60,821 nucleotides of DNA from Thermodesulfobacteriota bacterium (GTDB lineage Bacteria > Desulfobacterota > GWC2-55-46), in the NCBI GenBank assembly GCA_046757705.1, contig JBHHYT010000002.1, positions 1-60,821 of the forward strand, given 5' to 3'. The translations under genes and the position numbers were made by a program. Under the pieces are notes generated by a model. The model ran no database searches. It was not told where the DNA came from and saw nothing but the letters and a program-made list of their open reading frames with translations. Of the stretch, positions 26,270-36,118 are shown piece by piece. The stretch's first letter is position 1. Every line of letters begins with the position of its first letter.

Positions 26270-28159
26270 CTACCTCTTTCTGAAGGGCTGGTACTTCCTT
26301 CCGCCGCCTTCGTAGAACTTGCTGAAAAACTCCACGTACTGGAGCCTCATCGACTGTATCGACGGGCTCAAGACGCTCAGGGCCAGGTTCAGCGTGTGTA
26401 TCGACCCGGCCGCTATTATGCCTATGACCATGTTATCCGAGAGCCCCCCTATCCTGTTGGCGACGAGCGCCATGACGACCGAGGCCATGCCCACGGCCAT
26501 GATACGAAGGTAAGAGACGATGTTGCCTATGGCCTTTACGAACTCGAGCGGGCCGAGTATGCCCTCCATGACTGTAAGGGTGATGAACGACGCGATGAGC
26601 GCGGCGGCACCCGGCGTAAGGAACTTCCTCGGCAGGTACCCGAAGATGACGCAGATAATGACGATGAAGGAGGCGATGAGCACGAAGTACGCCGCCTTGG
26701 CCACCGCCTCGCGCATCCTGCCCCCGTAGAACCGGTTCACGGCGCCTATGGCGACCCCCAGAAGGATGTGGGCCATGCCTATGCCGAGCGAGATTATCGC
26801 CAGCGGCTTTATCGCCTCCGCCCTCTCGAAGAGTATGGGGTGGAGTATGCCGAGCCTTTCTCCGAGGTCGCCGAAGAGCTCGCCGTAGAGGAGACCGAAG
26901 AATATGGCGGAGGCGCTGGATATGGCGAGCACGGTGAGGATGTCGCGGAAGACCTGCCTGTGCCTCAACCTGCGGCGCAGGATAAGGCTTACCGCGAGCA
27001 GTATTCCCCCGTAGCCCACGTCTCCCACGATGAACCCCCAGAAGGCCGGGAAGAAGAACGCCACGTACATCGTCGGGTCCACCGTGCCGTAGACCGGCGC
27101 GGGCAGCGCGCCGAGGAAGACCTCGAACGGCCTTATGAACCAGGGGTTCTTTATGTGCACGGGGATGCGTCCGCGCTCCTGCTCCCCGAACTCCAGCTCC
27201 CTTACGAGCACCCTGTCTTTGAAGAGGGCAGTGAACCTTCCACGCAGGAACGGGAGCTTCGCGGCGGGCACCCAGCCCTCTATGATGAAGGCGAAGCGAG
27301 TCTGGCCCGCGTAGTCGAGCACGCCTATCTCGTCGACCGCGTCGTCTATGGCCTCCTTGAGGCCCACGAGAGTGCCGTACCAGAGGCGGGAGACGCCCTC
27401 CATCTCCGTCTCGGTGTCCCTTACGAGCCCCGGCAGGTCCCCTTTTTTCTTCTGCATCCGCCTGAGCGCGGAGAACAGCGTCATCTCCTCGTACTCTTCC
27501 GGGAGCCTCACCTCGCTTATCGCCTTTCCTGCAAGCAGGTTCCTTATCGCGATATCGAACTGCCTCGGATAGGCGAGCACGATGCCGGAGGTGGACTCGT
27601 CGAGCGGCTTTACGTATATCCTGTAGCTGCCGGCGGTAATCTTCGCCACCTCGCCCTCGAGGAGCTTTACCACGTCCTGGCGCGTCTTCTCCACGGTGAG
27701 GCCCATTATGTCGAGGTTCTTGAGGCCGCCCAGGCGCGAGACCATCGGGGCGAAGCCCCGCAGCAGCTTTTCGTATTTGTTTACGGTGGAGAGCTCGTCG
27801 AGGAGCTTCTCTCTGCGGGCGCAAAGCTCCCTGACCTTCTTCTCAACGGGCGCGGCCTCGTCGAGCAGACGCGCGATATCTGCCCCGGAGACACTTACCC
27901 TCTTGTACGACAACGGCGGGGAGAGCAGCGAGATGAAGTTCCTCATCCTCTCAGAGGCCTTCACGAGCTTCTCCCTCTCCACGAGCTTCTCCTTCTCCAT
28001 GGGGAGCCTGGTAAGGAAGGGCTCCGCGCCCGAGGTGTCGGCGGGGGGGGCGGGCACGGTCTCTATGTGCACCACCGCGGCGGCGTGCAGCACCTTGACG
28101 CACTCGTCGAGGTGCGCCCTTGGGCCGATAATCTGGACCTTGGCCATCTCTACTATCAC
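26270..28159 (-). CDS. atpI: V/A-type ATP synthase subunit I (a-subunit, stator/proton channel)
   Basis: 629 aa. A soluble N-terminal half (AKVQIIGPRAHLDECVKVLH) is followed by a C-terminal half with about 8 TM helices that ends in LSYLRIMAVGMASV / LRLQYVEFFSKFYEGGG. Confidence 0.88.
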   Translation of the reverse strand: MIVEMAKVQIIGPRAHLDECVKVLHAAAVVHIETVPAPPADTSGAEPFLTRLPMEKEKLVEREKLVKASERMRNFISLLSPPLSYKRVSVSGADIARLLDEAAPVEKKVRELCARREKLLDELSTVNKYEKLLRGFAPMVSRLGGLKNLDIMGLTVEKTRQDVVKLLEGEVAKITAGSYRIYVKPLDESTSGIVLAYPRQFDIAIRNLLAGKAISEVRLPEEYEEMTLFSALRRMQKKKGDLPGLVRDTETEMEGVSRLWYGTLVGLKEAIDDAVDEIGVLDYAGQTRFAFIIEGWVPAAKLPFLRGRFTALFKDRVLVRELEFGEQERGRIPVHIKNPWFIRPFEVFLGALPAPVYGTVDPTMYVAFFFPAFWGFIVGDVGYGGILLAVSLILRRRLRHRQVFRDILTVLAISSASAIFFGLLYGELFGDLGERLGILHPILFERAEAIKPLAIISLGIGMAHILLGVAIGAVNRFYGGRMREAVAKAAYFVLIASFIVIICVIFGYLPRKFLTPGAAALIASFITLTVMEGILGPLEFVKAIGNIVSYLRIMAVGMASVVMALVANRIGGLSDNMVIGIIAAGSIHTLNLALSVLSPSIQSMRLQYVEFFSKFYEGGGRKYQPFRKR

Positions 28160-28485
28160 GGCGCCTCCCCGTCATGGCCGATCACGAAGTTCAAGACCTC
28201 TTCCACGGCCCTGTCGATATTCTTTTCGCACACGGACCTGAGCTCCGCGAGCGCGGAGGCCCCCTCGCGCTCTATCCTCTCGACCTCTTCCTTTATGGCG
28301 GCGTCCCGCTCGACCGCCATGGCGGCAAGCTCCTCATCGAGCTCCGTCGCCTTCGCCTCCTTGAGCTTGCGGGCCTTTTCGAGCGCCTCCTCCTTTATGG
28401 CCGCGGCCTTCAGGCGCGCCCCCTCGAGGAGGGTCTCCAGCTCATCTTCCTTCTCCTTGAGGTCGGAGAGCAGGTCTTCCGGCAT
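28156..28485 (-). CDS. atpH: V/A-type ATP synthase subunit H (G-like peripheral stalk)
   Basis: 109 aa, an all-helical charged coiled coil. It is the first gene of the operon and has an ATGA overlap with atpI. Confidence 0.65.
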   Translation of the reverse strand: MPEDLLSDLKEKEDELETLLEGARLKAAAIKEEALEKARKLKEAKATELDEELAAMAVERDAAIKEEVERIEREGASALAELRSVCEKNIDRAVEEVLNFVIGHDGEAP

Positions 28486-28600
28486 AATGGGACCTCCATC
28501 GCGGTCGCCGGGCGGAACCCCGCACCGCGGCCACGGAAAAGATTTGAAATATCCGCCGCCTTCGGGCTGGTGCGCCGTCCGGGATGTCTTGAATGTCTAA

Positions 28601-28640
28601 CAGGATGCTGAAAAAAGCCGTACATGGCAACTTCAGCAAC
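28601..28640. repeat. REP-like palindromic element, copy 2 (CAGGATGCTGAAAAAAGCCGTACATGGCAACTTCAGCAAC)
   Basis: It shares AGGATGCTGAAAAA..CC.T.CATGG with 1778-1814 and 49167-49202. It lies about 115 nt upstream of the V/A-ATPase operon start. Confidence 0.65.
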
Positions 28641-28716
28641 GAACCGGCCGAAGCGAACCCGTCCGGTTCTCAAAGATCGCTCGACCCTCAAGTCTCGCAA
28701 TTCGGCAATCCATCCA

Positions 28717-28740
28717 TGGAATGCGTGTGTGGAATGCGTG
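28717..28740. repeat. Direct repeat TGGAATGCGTG x2 (13-nt period)
   Basis: Read directly: caTGGAATGCGTGtgTGGAATGCGTGcgg. It lies immediately 3' of the comEA stop and about 230 nt upstream of atpH. Confidence 0.5.
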
Positions 28741-28744
28741 CGGC

Positions 28745-29101
28745 TCAGTTCACGGTCACGAGGCTGCGGATCCTGTCTAACTTGACTTTACCAACCCATC
28801 TTACCTCTGTCAATTGCTCGACCGAGGTAAAGCCTCCGATTTCGCGTCTTTTTTCGAGTATCCTGCCTGCGATGGCGTCCCCTATGCCGGGCAATATCTT
28901 GAGGTCCTCGATCTGCGCCATGTTTATGTCGACCGGGAAGCCGGGTATGATACCCTCAATGCCTGTTGAGGTGGGCGGGGCGGACGGGGCCGCGTGCGCG
29001 GGCCCGGCCCCGGGCGGCGCGGCGGCCCGCGAGAGCATGAAAAAACAGAAAAAGAGCGCGGCGAGCGCGAGGAACGCCCCGTATCTCGTATCTCTTCTCA
29101 T
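28745..29101 (-). CDS. comEA: ComEA-family helix-hairpin-helix DNA-binding protein (membrane anchored)
   Basis: Start at Met75 of the track ORF (MRRDTRYGAFLALAALFFCFFML). C-terminal HhH motifs are VDINMAQIEDLKILPGIGDAIAGRILEKRREIGGFTSVEQL. Upstream codons of the track ORF overlap cimA. Confidence 0.8.
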   Translation of the reverse strand: MRRDTRYGAFLALAALFFCFFMLSRAAAPPGAGPAHAAPSAPPTSTGIEGIIPGFPVDINMAQIEDLKILPGIGDAIAGRILEKRREIGGFTSVEQLTEVRWVGKVKLDRIRSLVTVN

Positions 29102-29108
29102 CTGCCCC

Positions 29109-30704
29109 CTAAGTGGTGCGGGTTTTCCTGCGTGGCTTCTTCCTGCTGTCCTTGTAGAGCTTGTATTCGAGGCTGTCCACGAGGGCCTGCCAGCTCGCCT
29201 CGATGACGTTGTCGGAGACCCCGACGGTGCCCCACCTGCCGGTGCCGTCGCCCGATTCCACGAGCACGCGCACCTTGGCGGCGGTGCCCTGCATGCCGGC
29301 GAGCACGCGCACCTTGAAGTCAAGGAGCCTTACGTCGCCGATCGAGGGGTAGAACCTCTCGAGCGCCTTCCTGAGGGCCGCGTCGAGTGCGTTGACCGGG
29401 CCGTTGCCCTCGGCGGCCGTGTGCTCCACGACCCCCCCGACCTCGAGCATGATGGTCGCCTCGGAGTGCGGGGCCTCGTCCTCGCTCCTCTTCTCGTCGA
29501 TTACGCGGAAGTCGAGGAGCTTGAAGTACCTCTGCTTCTTCTTCAGCGCCTTCTGGACGAGCAGCTCGAAGGACGCCTCCGCGCCCTCGAACTGGAATCC
29601 CTGATGCTCGAGCTCCTTGAGCCTCTCGAGCATCTCCTTTACGACCGGGGACGCGCTCTCGATGTCCACGCCGTACTCCGCGGCCTTGTAAACGATGTTG
29701 GACCTGCCGGAGAGGTCGGAGACGAGCACCCTCTGGCGGTTGCCTACGAGCTGTGGCCTGATGTGCTCGTAGGTAGACGGGTTCTTCACGACCGCGCTGA
29801 CGTGGATGCCTCCCTTGTGGGCGAACGCGCTCTCCCCGACGTACGGCTGGTGTTTCTGGTGCGGGAGGTTGGCCATCTCGTAGAGAAAACGCGCCGTCTC
29901 CCGGAGCCTGGCAAGCCGCTCGGCGCTGATGCAGTCCACGCCCATCTTCAGCTTCAGGGCCGGGATGATCGAGCACAGGTTGGCGTTACCGCACCTCTCC
30001 CCGAAGCCGTTTATCGTGCCTTGAACCATGGTCGCGCCCGCCCTTACCGCCACGAGCGTATTGGCAACGGCGGACTCCGAGTCGTTGTGCGCGTGGATGC
30101 CGAGCGGTACGGAGACCACGCCGCGCAGGGCCTCCACGACCTCTTCCACCTCGAACGGGAGCGTGCCCCCGTTGGTGTCGCAGAGCACGATATAGTCGGC
30201 GCCGGCTTGCACCGCCGCGGTGATGGTCTTGACGGCGTACGCCGGGTCATCCCTGTACCCGTCGAAGAAGTGCTCCGCGTCATAGAAGACCTCACCGGCC
30301 CTCTTCTTGAGGTAGCTTATCGAGTCGAATATCATATCGAGGTTCTCATTGAGCGAGACCCTCAGGGCCCTGGTGACGTGAAACTTCCACGACTTGCCGA
30401 ACACCGTGACCGCCGGGGACTTCGAGGCGAGCAGGGCCCGCAGGTTCTTATCGTCCTTCGCCTTTATGCCCGCCCTGCGCGTGGAGCCGAAGCTGACGAG
30501 CGAGGCGGTGGAGAGCCTGCGCGCGGCCATCGCCTTGAAGAACTCTATGTCGCGCGGGTTGCTCCCCGGCCATCCGCCCTCGATGTAGTGGATGCCGAGC
30601 TCGTCGAGCCTCGAGGCTATCCTTACCTTGTCCTCGACGGAAAAGGAGATGTCCTCGGCCTGAGTGCCGTCCCTCAAGGTTGTATCGTAGAGTTTTACCT
30701 TCAT
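29109..30704 (-). CDS. cimA: (R)-citramalate synthase / LeuA-type-2 family
   Basis: Start at Met41 ([30 protein letters not shown]). An HMGL-like TIM barrel ([13 protein letters not shown]) is followed by a C-terminal LeuA dimerisation/regulatory domain. The ~530-aa length fits CimA better than LeuA. Confidence 0.75.
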   Translation of the reverse strand: MKVKLYDTTLRDGTQAEDISFSVEDKVRIASRLDELGIHYIEGGWPGSNPRDIEFFKAMAARRLSTASLVSFGSTRRAGIKAKDDKNLRALLASKSPAVTVFGKSWKFHVTRALRVSLNENLDMIFDSISYLKKRAGEVFYDAEHFFDGYRDDPAYAVKTITAAVQAGADYIVLCDTNGGTLPFEVEEVVEALRGVVSVPLGIHAHNDSESAVANTLVAVRAGATMVQGTINGFGERCGNANLCSIIPALKLKMGVDCISAERLARLRETARFLYEMANLPHQKHQPYVGESAFAHKGGIHVSAVVKNPSTYEHIRPQLVGNRQRVLVSDLSGRSNIVYKAAEYGVDIESASPVVKEMLERLKELEHQGFQFEGAEASFELLVQKALKKKQRYFKLLDFRVIDEKRSEDEAPHSEATIMLEVGGVVEHTAAEGNGPVNALDAALRKALERFYPSIGDVRLLDFKVRVLAGMQGTAAKVRVLVESGDGTGRWGTVGVSDNVIEASWQALVDSLEYKLYKDSRKKPRRKTRTT

Positions 30705-30854
30705 TGTTTTTCCAGATCCTTCATGCGGCCAAAGAGCGCCGTAAAGTCCGCCACGCCGCAATGACGGGCCGGGCAACCACCCCAATTGCAGAGCGTTGGA
30801 ACAAAGCAGGCCGAGGAGCGACACAGGCCCGCGAGGTCATAACGCTCTGGACGG

Positions 30855-32099
30855 CTAAGCCCCCGTCTCCTCCGAGACCTCCACCTTGCCCAGGTCGAAG
30901 GCGTCGTGGAGCACCCTTACGGCAAGCTCCGTGTATTTGACGTCCACCACGCAGGATATCTTTATCTCGGAGGTCGATATCATCTGTATGTTTATGCCCT
31001 CCCTGGCCAGAGACTCGAAGGTCTGCGAGGCGATGCCCGCGTGGCTCTTCATGCCCGCGCCGACTATAGAGACCTTGGCGATGTTCGGGTCCCCGACGAC
31101 TTCGCTCGCCTCTATCTCCGAGGCCGCCATCTCCTTGACGAGCTTCAGGGCCCTCTTGTAGTCGTCCTTCGAGACGGTGAAGGTAAGGTCGGTGAACGAG
31201 TCGTGGCTTATGTTCTGCACTATCATGTCGACGTTTATGCCGTTCTCCGTAAGCGGCCGGAAGAGGCGCGCGGCTATGCCCGGCCTGTCCGGCACCCGCA
31301 GCACGGATATCTTCGCCTCGCCCTTGTTGTACGTAATGCCGGAGACAACCACCTTTTCCATATCTTCATCCTCCTTGCAGACGAGCGTGCCATCGGCGTC
31401 GTTAAAAGACGACCTTACCATCACGGGTACCTCATATTTTTTTGCGAACTCGACCGAGCGCGTCTGGAGCACCCTGGCCCCGAGGCTCGCCATCTCAAGC
31501 ATCTCGTCGTAAGATATCTTCTCAAGCTTGCGCGCGTTCTGGCAGATGCCGGGGTCGGTGGTGTATATCCCCTCGACGTCGGTATATATCTCGCAGAGGT
31601 CGGCCTTGAGCGCCGCGGCCAGGGCCACGGCCGTGGTGTCCGAGCCGCCGCGCCCGAGCGTGGTGATGTCACCCCTGGCGTCCACGCCCTGAAAGCCCGC
31701 CACGACGGCTATGTGCCCCGTGGCGAGCGCCTCCATGATGCGCCCGTCCCCGATGGACTCTATGCGGGCACAACCGTGCAGGGAGTCGGTCACTATCGGC
31801 ACCTGATGGCCGAGAAAGCTCCGGGCCCTGTAGCCGAGCGACTGGAGGTGCAGGGCGAGCAGCCCTATGGTGACCTGCTCGCCCGTGGAGACGACCACAT
31901 CGTACTCCCTGCCTATGGGGAACTCGTTCGCCTCGTTTGCAAGGCCCACGAGCCTGCTGGTCTCCCCGGACATGGCCGAGAGGACGACCACGACCCGGTT
32001 GCCCGCATCATGCGCCAACGCCACCCTGCGGGCTACGTTCTTTATCCTCTCGATGTTGCCGACCGAGGTCCCGCCGTACTTCTGGACTATAAGCGACAT
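30855..32099 (-). CDS. lysC: Aspartate kinase (monofunctional, two C-terminal ACT domains)
   Basis: [27 protein letters not shown] and [15 protein letters not shown] motifs. Confidence 0.92.
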   Translation of the reverse strand: MSLIVQKYGGTSVGNIERIKNVARRVALAHDAGNRVVVVLSAMSGETSRLVGLANEANEFPIGREYDVVVSTGEQVTIGLLALHLQSLGYRARSFLGHQVPIVTDSLHGCARIESIGDGRIMEALATGHIAVVAGFQGVDARGDITTLGRGGSDTTAVALAAALKADLCEIYTDVEGIYTTDPGICQNARKLEKISYDEMLEMASLGARVLQTRSVEFAKKYEVPVMVRSSFNDADGTLVCKEDEDMEKVVVSGITYNKGEAKISVLRVPDRPGIAARLFRPLTENGINVDMIVQNISHDSFTDLTFTVSKDDYKRALKLVKEMAASEIEASEVVGDPNIAKVSIVGAGMKSHAGIASQTFESLAREGINIQMISTSEIKISCVVDVKYTELAVRVLHDAFDLGKVEVSEETGA

Positions 32100-32247
32100 A
32101 ACCGCTCCCGCCCGTTCGCAGATAACAAACGGGCCTACAGCTTTTTCCTGTTTATTCCGACCGCGTCAAGCGCCAGTTTTTGCTCATTGAGACATACTCG
32201 AAGAACAGACCCTTCAGCCGCTCCTTTGCCTCACAACGCGATTGTCC

Positions 32248-33645
32248 CTACCTTCTCCTGCCTATCTTGTGCACCGCCATGCCGTGCGCGTCCTCGGCGG
32301 CCTCCATGACGATCTCCGGCAGAGTGGGGTGCGCGTGTATGGTCCCGGCGATATCCTTTACCGTGGCCCCGGTCTTCATGGCAAGGGCCACCTCGCCTAT
32401 CATGTCGGTTGCGTGGGCTCCCACTATGGAGCAGCCGAGCACCCTGTCCGTTCCGGGGTCGGCTATTATCTGCACGAAGCCGCCGGTCTCGCCCATGCCC
32501 ATCGCCTTGCCGCTGGCGGCGTACGGGAACCTGCCTACGGAGACATCGATGCCCTTGTCCGCGGCGTCCTTCTCGCGCAGCCCCACGCTCGCTATCTCCG
32601 GGTCGGTGAATATGCCGCCAGGCACGACCGTGTAGTCCATCTGCGCCTGCCTGCCGAGCGCGTTCGTCACCGCCACTATCCCCTGCGTGCTGGCGACGTG
32701 CGCGAGCAGTATCTTGCCCGTAACGTCGCCTACCGCGTATATGCCCCTTACGTTCGTCTCCATCCTCTCGTCGACCTCGATGGCGCCCCGCTCCGTGGTC
32801 TTCACGCCTACGGCATCGAGGCCGAGGCCCGCGGAATTGAGGCTCCTGCCGATGGATACGAGCACCTTCTCGGTTATGAACTCCCTGCCGTCCTTGAGCG
32901 TGGTCTTGACCCTGCCGTTCTCTACCTTAAGCCCGGAGACGGCCACGTCCGTAAGCACGCTCACCCCGCGGTCCTTGAACCCTTTGAGTACCACGCGGGA
33001 GACGGCCCTGTCCTCGGTGGCGAGTATCGTGGGGAGCATCTCGACTATCATCACGCGGCTTCCGAAGGTGGAGAAGAGTGTGGCGAACTCGCACCCGTTC
33101 ACTCCCCCGCCTATTACCATGAGGCTTTCTGGCACCTTGCGGAGATTGAGCATCTCGGTGGTGGTAAGGACGTTCTCTTTATCTATCCCGAAGGCCGGTA
33201 TCATCGCGGGCTCGCTTCCGGTGGCTATGATTATGGACTTCGCCCCTATCTCCTCGGTCTCCTCGCCGTTCGATACCCTGAGCCTGCCCGGCGCTTCGAG
33301 CGTGCCCGTGCCGTTTATGACCTCGACCTTGTTGCCCTTGAGGAGCTGGGCCACACCGCCCACGAGCTTCTCCACGACCCGCTCTTTCCTGTCTATGGCC
33401 CTTCCGAGGTTGAACTGCACCTCCCCGACGTCGACCCCGAAGTCCGCCGCGTGGCGCGCTCCGGTGAGCGCCCCGGCTGAATAATATAGCGCCTTGGTGG
33501 GTATGCATCCCCTGTTGAGACAGGTGCCGCCGAGCTTCATCTTTTCGATGAGCGCAACACTGCCCCCAAGCTGCGCGCCCCTTATGGCGGCAACATAGCC
33601 TCCGGGGCCGCCGCCTATCACCACAACGTCAAATTCTCTCATCAC
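32248..33645 (-). CDS. lpdA: Dihydrolipoyl dehydrogenase
   Basis: FAD motif VVVIGGGPGGYVAA, redox disulfide GGTCLNRGCIPTK and C-terminal HAHPTLPE. Confidence 0.9.
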   Translation of the reverse strand: MMREFDVVVIGGGPGGYVAAIRGAQLGGSVALIEKMKLGGTCLNRGCIPTKALYYSAGALTGARHAADFGVDVGEVQFNLGRAIDRKERVVEKLVGGVAQLLKGNKVEVINGTGTLEAPGRLRVSNGEETEEIGAKSIIIATGSEPAMIPAFGIDKENVLTTTEMLNLRKVPESLMVIGGGVNGCEFATLFSTFGSRVMIVEMLPTILATEDRAVSRVVLKGFKDRGVSVLTDVAVSGLKVENGRVKTTLKDGREFITEKVLVSIGRSLNSAGLGLDAVGVKTTERGAIEVDERMETNVRGIYAVGDVTGKILLAHVASTQGIVAVTNALGRQAQMDYTVVPGGIFTDPEIASVGLREKDAADKGIDVSVGRFPYAASGKAMGMGETGGFVQIIADPGTDRVLGCSIVGAHATDMIGEVALAMKTGATVKDIAGTIHAHPTLPEIVMEAAEDAHGMAVHKIGRRR

Positions 33646-33692
33646 ACCCCCGCTTTCCTCTGTTTTTCCAGTACCTTAGCGTCTGCCCGGGC

Positions 33693-34124
33693 TTAGCGCC
33701 CCTCGATGACTATGGTCCTTTCGTTCTCACCGGTCCCGTAGGAGAACCTTACGATATGCGTGCACTCCCTCAGGAGGGAGGGCAGCTTATCCGCCCATTC
33801 TATTACAGAAATGCCCTTTCCGTAAATAAATTCTTCAAGTCCCACCTCATAAAATTCCTCGACGCGACCTATTCTGTACAGGTCTATGTGGTAGAGTGGC
33901 AGCCTGCCCTTCTCGTAGATGTTTATTATGGTGAAGCTCGGGCTCTTGACGAACCCCCTGGAGCCGAGACCGCGCGCCATGCCCCTTACGAAGCGGGTCT
34001 TTCCCGCGCCGAGGTCCCCGATGAGCCCCACGCACGAGCCCCCGGCAAGCCCGGCGGCAAACTCCGCCCCGAGCCCTTCGGTCTCCTCCGGCCCGGCGGT
34101 CGTGTGGACTGCCGCCTCGCTCAC
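33693..34124 (-). CDS. tsaE: tRNA t6A37 biosynthesis ATPase TsaE
   Basis: The last 143 codons of track ORF 33693..35267. GTG start in a GTGA overlap with the nnr stop. P-loop GDLGAGKTRFVRG and YHIDLYRI motif. Confidence 0.8.
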   Translation of the reverse strand: MSEAAVHTTAGPEETEGLGAEFAAGLAGGSCVGLIGDLGAGKTRFVRGMARGLGSRGFVKSPSFTIINIYEKGRLPLYHIDLYRIGRVEEFYEVGLEEFIYGKGISVIEWADKLPSLLRECTHIVRFSYGTGENERTIVIEGR

Positions 34125-35692
34125 GGCCCTTGCCGCGAGAGGGAGTTTATGACTCCCGGTATCACCCCCAGCAGGTCGGTCGCTATCATGCCCGCCTCCC
34201 CCCCGTTGGCTTCCCTCACCCGGTCGGCCGCAAGCCCGTGGGCGTAGACCGCCGCCACCGCCGCCTCGGCGGGGCCGTGCCCGCCGCAGAGAAGGGCGCC
34301 TATCATGCCAGCAAGCACGTCGCCCGTCCCGGCGGTGGCGAGAGAGGCGCTGCCAGTGGGGTTTATGTATATCTGCCCGCCGGGGGAGGCCACGACAGTG
34401 GCCGCGCCCTTGAGCACGACGACAGCGCTCGACCTCTTCGAAAGCTCCCCGGCGGCCGCCATCCTGTCGGCCTGAACCGCGGCGGCGGTCGTTTTCAGAA
34501 GGCGGGCCATCTCCCCGGGGTGCGGGGTGAGCACCACCGGCGCCTTCGCCTTCTTCAATATCCCGACCCTCCCGGCGAGGCAGTTGAGCCCGTCCGCGTC
34601 GATGACCATCGGCGCGGCCACATTCCTTACGACCTCTTCGAGCAGCCTGAATACATCTTCCGTTGCCCCGAGGCCGGGGCCGAAGACGAGGGCCGTTTTG
34701 CCGTCCATGAGCGCCTTTACCCCGGCGTATGAGACCTGGCCGAGGCAGCCCTCGGCGGTCTCGGGCAGGGCGACAGTCATGGCCTCGGTGGTCTTCACCT
34801 CCATGACCGGATTGAGCCCCCGGGGCACGCCGACGGTAACAAGCCCGGCGCCCGTCCTCATCGCGCCCATGGCGGCCATGTACGCCGCGCCGGTCTTTCC
34901 CGGAGAGCCCGCCACCACGGCGAGGTGCCCGTAGGTGCCCTTGTGGGAGTCGCCCCGGCGGGAGGCCAGTATCCCCCCGAGCATCTCCGCGTCGATAAGG
35001 TTCCACCTTATCGACCCATCCTCGACGAGAGCGCGGGGCACGCCTATGTCCACGACATCCACACGTCCGGCGTAATCGACGCCGGGGTACTGGCAGAGCC
35101 CCGTCTTGGAGATGGCCATGGTGGCGGTGACGTCGGCCCTGACGGCGCAGCCGAGGACCGCCCCGGTGGTGGCGTCGATGCCCGAAGGCACGTCGACGGA
35201 GACGACCGTCCTGCCGAGCCCGTTCATAAGCTCTATCACTGCCCGGAAGATGCCCTTTACCGGGCACGAGAGGCCGGTGCCGAAGACGGCGTCAACGACG
35301 ACGCAGGAGTGCCTGAGGTCGGCCTCGTGCCTCTTCAGGTCCCTGCGGGTAAGGAGCGTTACGGTCTGCCCGCCCATCTTGCGCCAGACGGCGGCGTTTG
35401 TGGCGGCGTCGCCCTTGAGGGCGTCCTGGGGGGCCAGCGAATAGACTGCTACCCTTGCGCCGGAGTTGGCCAGGTGGCGCGCGGCGACGTAGCCGTCCCC
35501 TCCGTTGTTGCCCTTTCCGGCTATTATCGAGACCCGCCCGCGCGGACAACCGGACGAGGCAAGCGCGCCGGAGACCACGTCGGCCACGCCCTTGCCCGCG
35601 TTCTCCATGAGCTGCAAGCCGCGTATGCCGAAGAGCCTCATGGCGCGGGAGTCGATAGAGCGTATGGTCTTCGCGTCCGATATCTTCATCAC
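34121..35692 (-). CDS. nnr: Bifunctional NAD(P)H-hydrate repair enzyme (NnrE epimerase + NnrD dehydratase)
   Basis: An N-terminal YjeF_N domain (GKGNNGGDGYVAAR) is fused to a C-terminal carbohydrate-kinase-like domain (GHLAVVAGSPGKTGAAYMA, GTGDVLAG). Confidence 0.88.
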   Translation of the reverse strand: MMKISDAKTIRSIDSRAMRLFGIRGLQLMENAGKGVADVVSGALASSGCPRGRVSIIAGKGNNGGDGYVAARHLANSGARVAVYSLAPQDALKGDAATNAAVWRKMGGQTVTLLTRRDLKRHEADLRHSCVVVDAVFGTGLSCPVKGIFRAVIELMNGLGRTVVSVDVPSGIDATTGAVLGCAVRADVTATMAISKTGLCQYPGVDYAGRVDVVDIGVPRALVEDGSIRWNLIDAEMLGGILASRRGDSHKGTYGHLAVVAGSPGKTGAAYMAAMGAMRTGAGLVTVGVPRGLNPVMEVKTTEAMTVALPETAEGCLGQVSYAGVKALMDGKTALVFGPGLGATEDVFRLLEEVVRNVAAPMVIDADGLNCLAGRVGILKKAKAPVVLTPHPGEMARLLKTTAAAVQADRMAAAGELSKRSSAVVVLKGAATVVASPGGQIYINPTGSASLATAGTGDVLAGMIGALLCGGHGPAEAAVAAVYAHGLAADRVREANGGEAGMIATDLLGVIPGVINSLSRQGP

Positions 35693-36048
35693 ACCTCCTC
35701 CACTATCGTCTGTGCCACGGAGAGCGCCCCGTCATGGGAGATCGAAAGGCTCAGCCTCATGGAATCCTTGATACCGGCGGCCTTGAAGGCGGGCCTCCCG
35801 TCACGGCCACGGATGACCTCGACCTCGGTGAACCCGAGCGTCCTTCCGAGCGCCTTGAAAAGAGAGACCTTCGCCGCGAAGCGCGCGGCCAGATGCCTCT
35901 CCGGGCGCCTCTGGCGCATGCAGTACTCGAGCTCGCCGGGCGTAAAGAGCCTCGCGCAGAGCCGCGCCCCCCAGCGGTCCATGGCGGCGCGGAACCTCGG
36001 TACGTCCACCATGTCTATGCCTATACCGTATACCATTTTTTCAGTCAC
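35689..36048 (-). CDS. acpS: Holo-[acyl-carrier-protein] synthase
   Basis: YGIGIDMVDVPRF and ISISHDGALSVAQ motifs. 119 aa. Confidence 0.88.
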   Translation of the reverse strand: MTEKMVYGIGIDMVDVPRFRAAMDRWGARLCARLFTPGELEYCMRQRRPERHLAARFAAKVSLFKALGRTLGFTEVEVIRGRDGRPAFKAAGIKDSMRLSLSISHDGALSVAQTIVEEV

Positions 36049-36118
36049 CGCCTCCGGGCTTCAAAGATCGCCCCTGCTCGCCGGAGGCCTCTGCTACGTA
36101 TCGGCCGAAGGACCGGCC

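Noticed and set aside
32100-32247. A lysine riboswitch (L-box) upstream of lysC.
   Set aside because: The 148-nt spacer is shorter than a typical L-box and lacks its conserved AGAGGCGC / GGGAG-type cores. Only a small hairpin (GCCCGTT..AACGGGC) lies next to the RBS.
34125-35267. The 5' 381 codons of track ORF 33693-35267 (524 aa).
   Set aside because: This part overlaps nnr in another frame with shadow-type composition. Only the last 143 codons (GTG 34124) match TsaE. The same applies to the 5' extensions of track ORFs 2447-4096 (bioF), 28745-29323 (comEA), 29109-30824 (cimA), 7081-7863 (bioD) and 1782-2900 (bioB).
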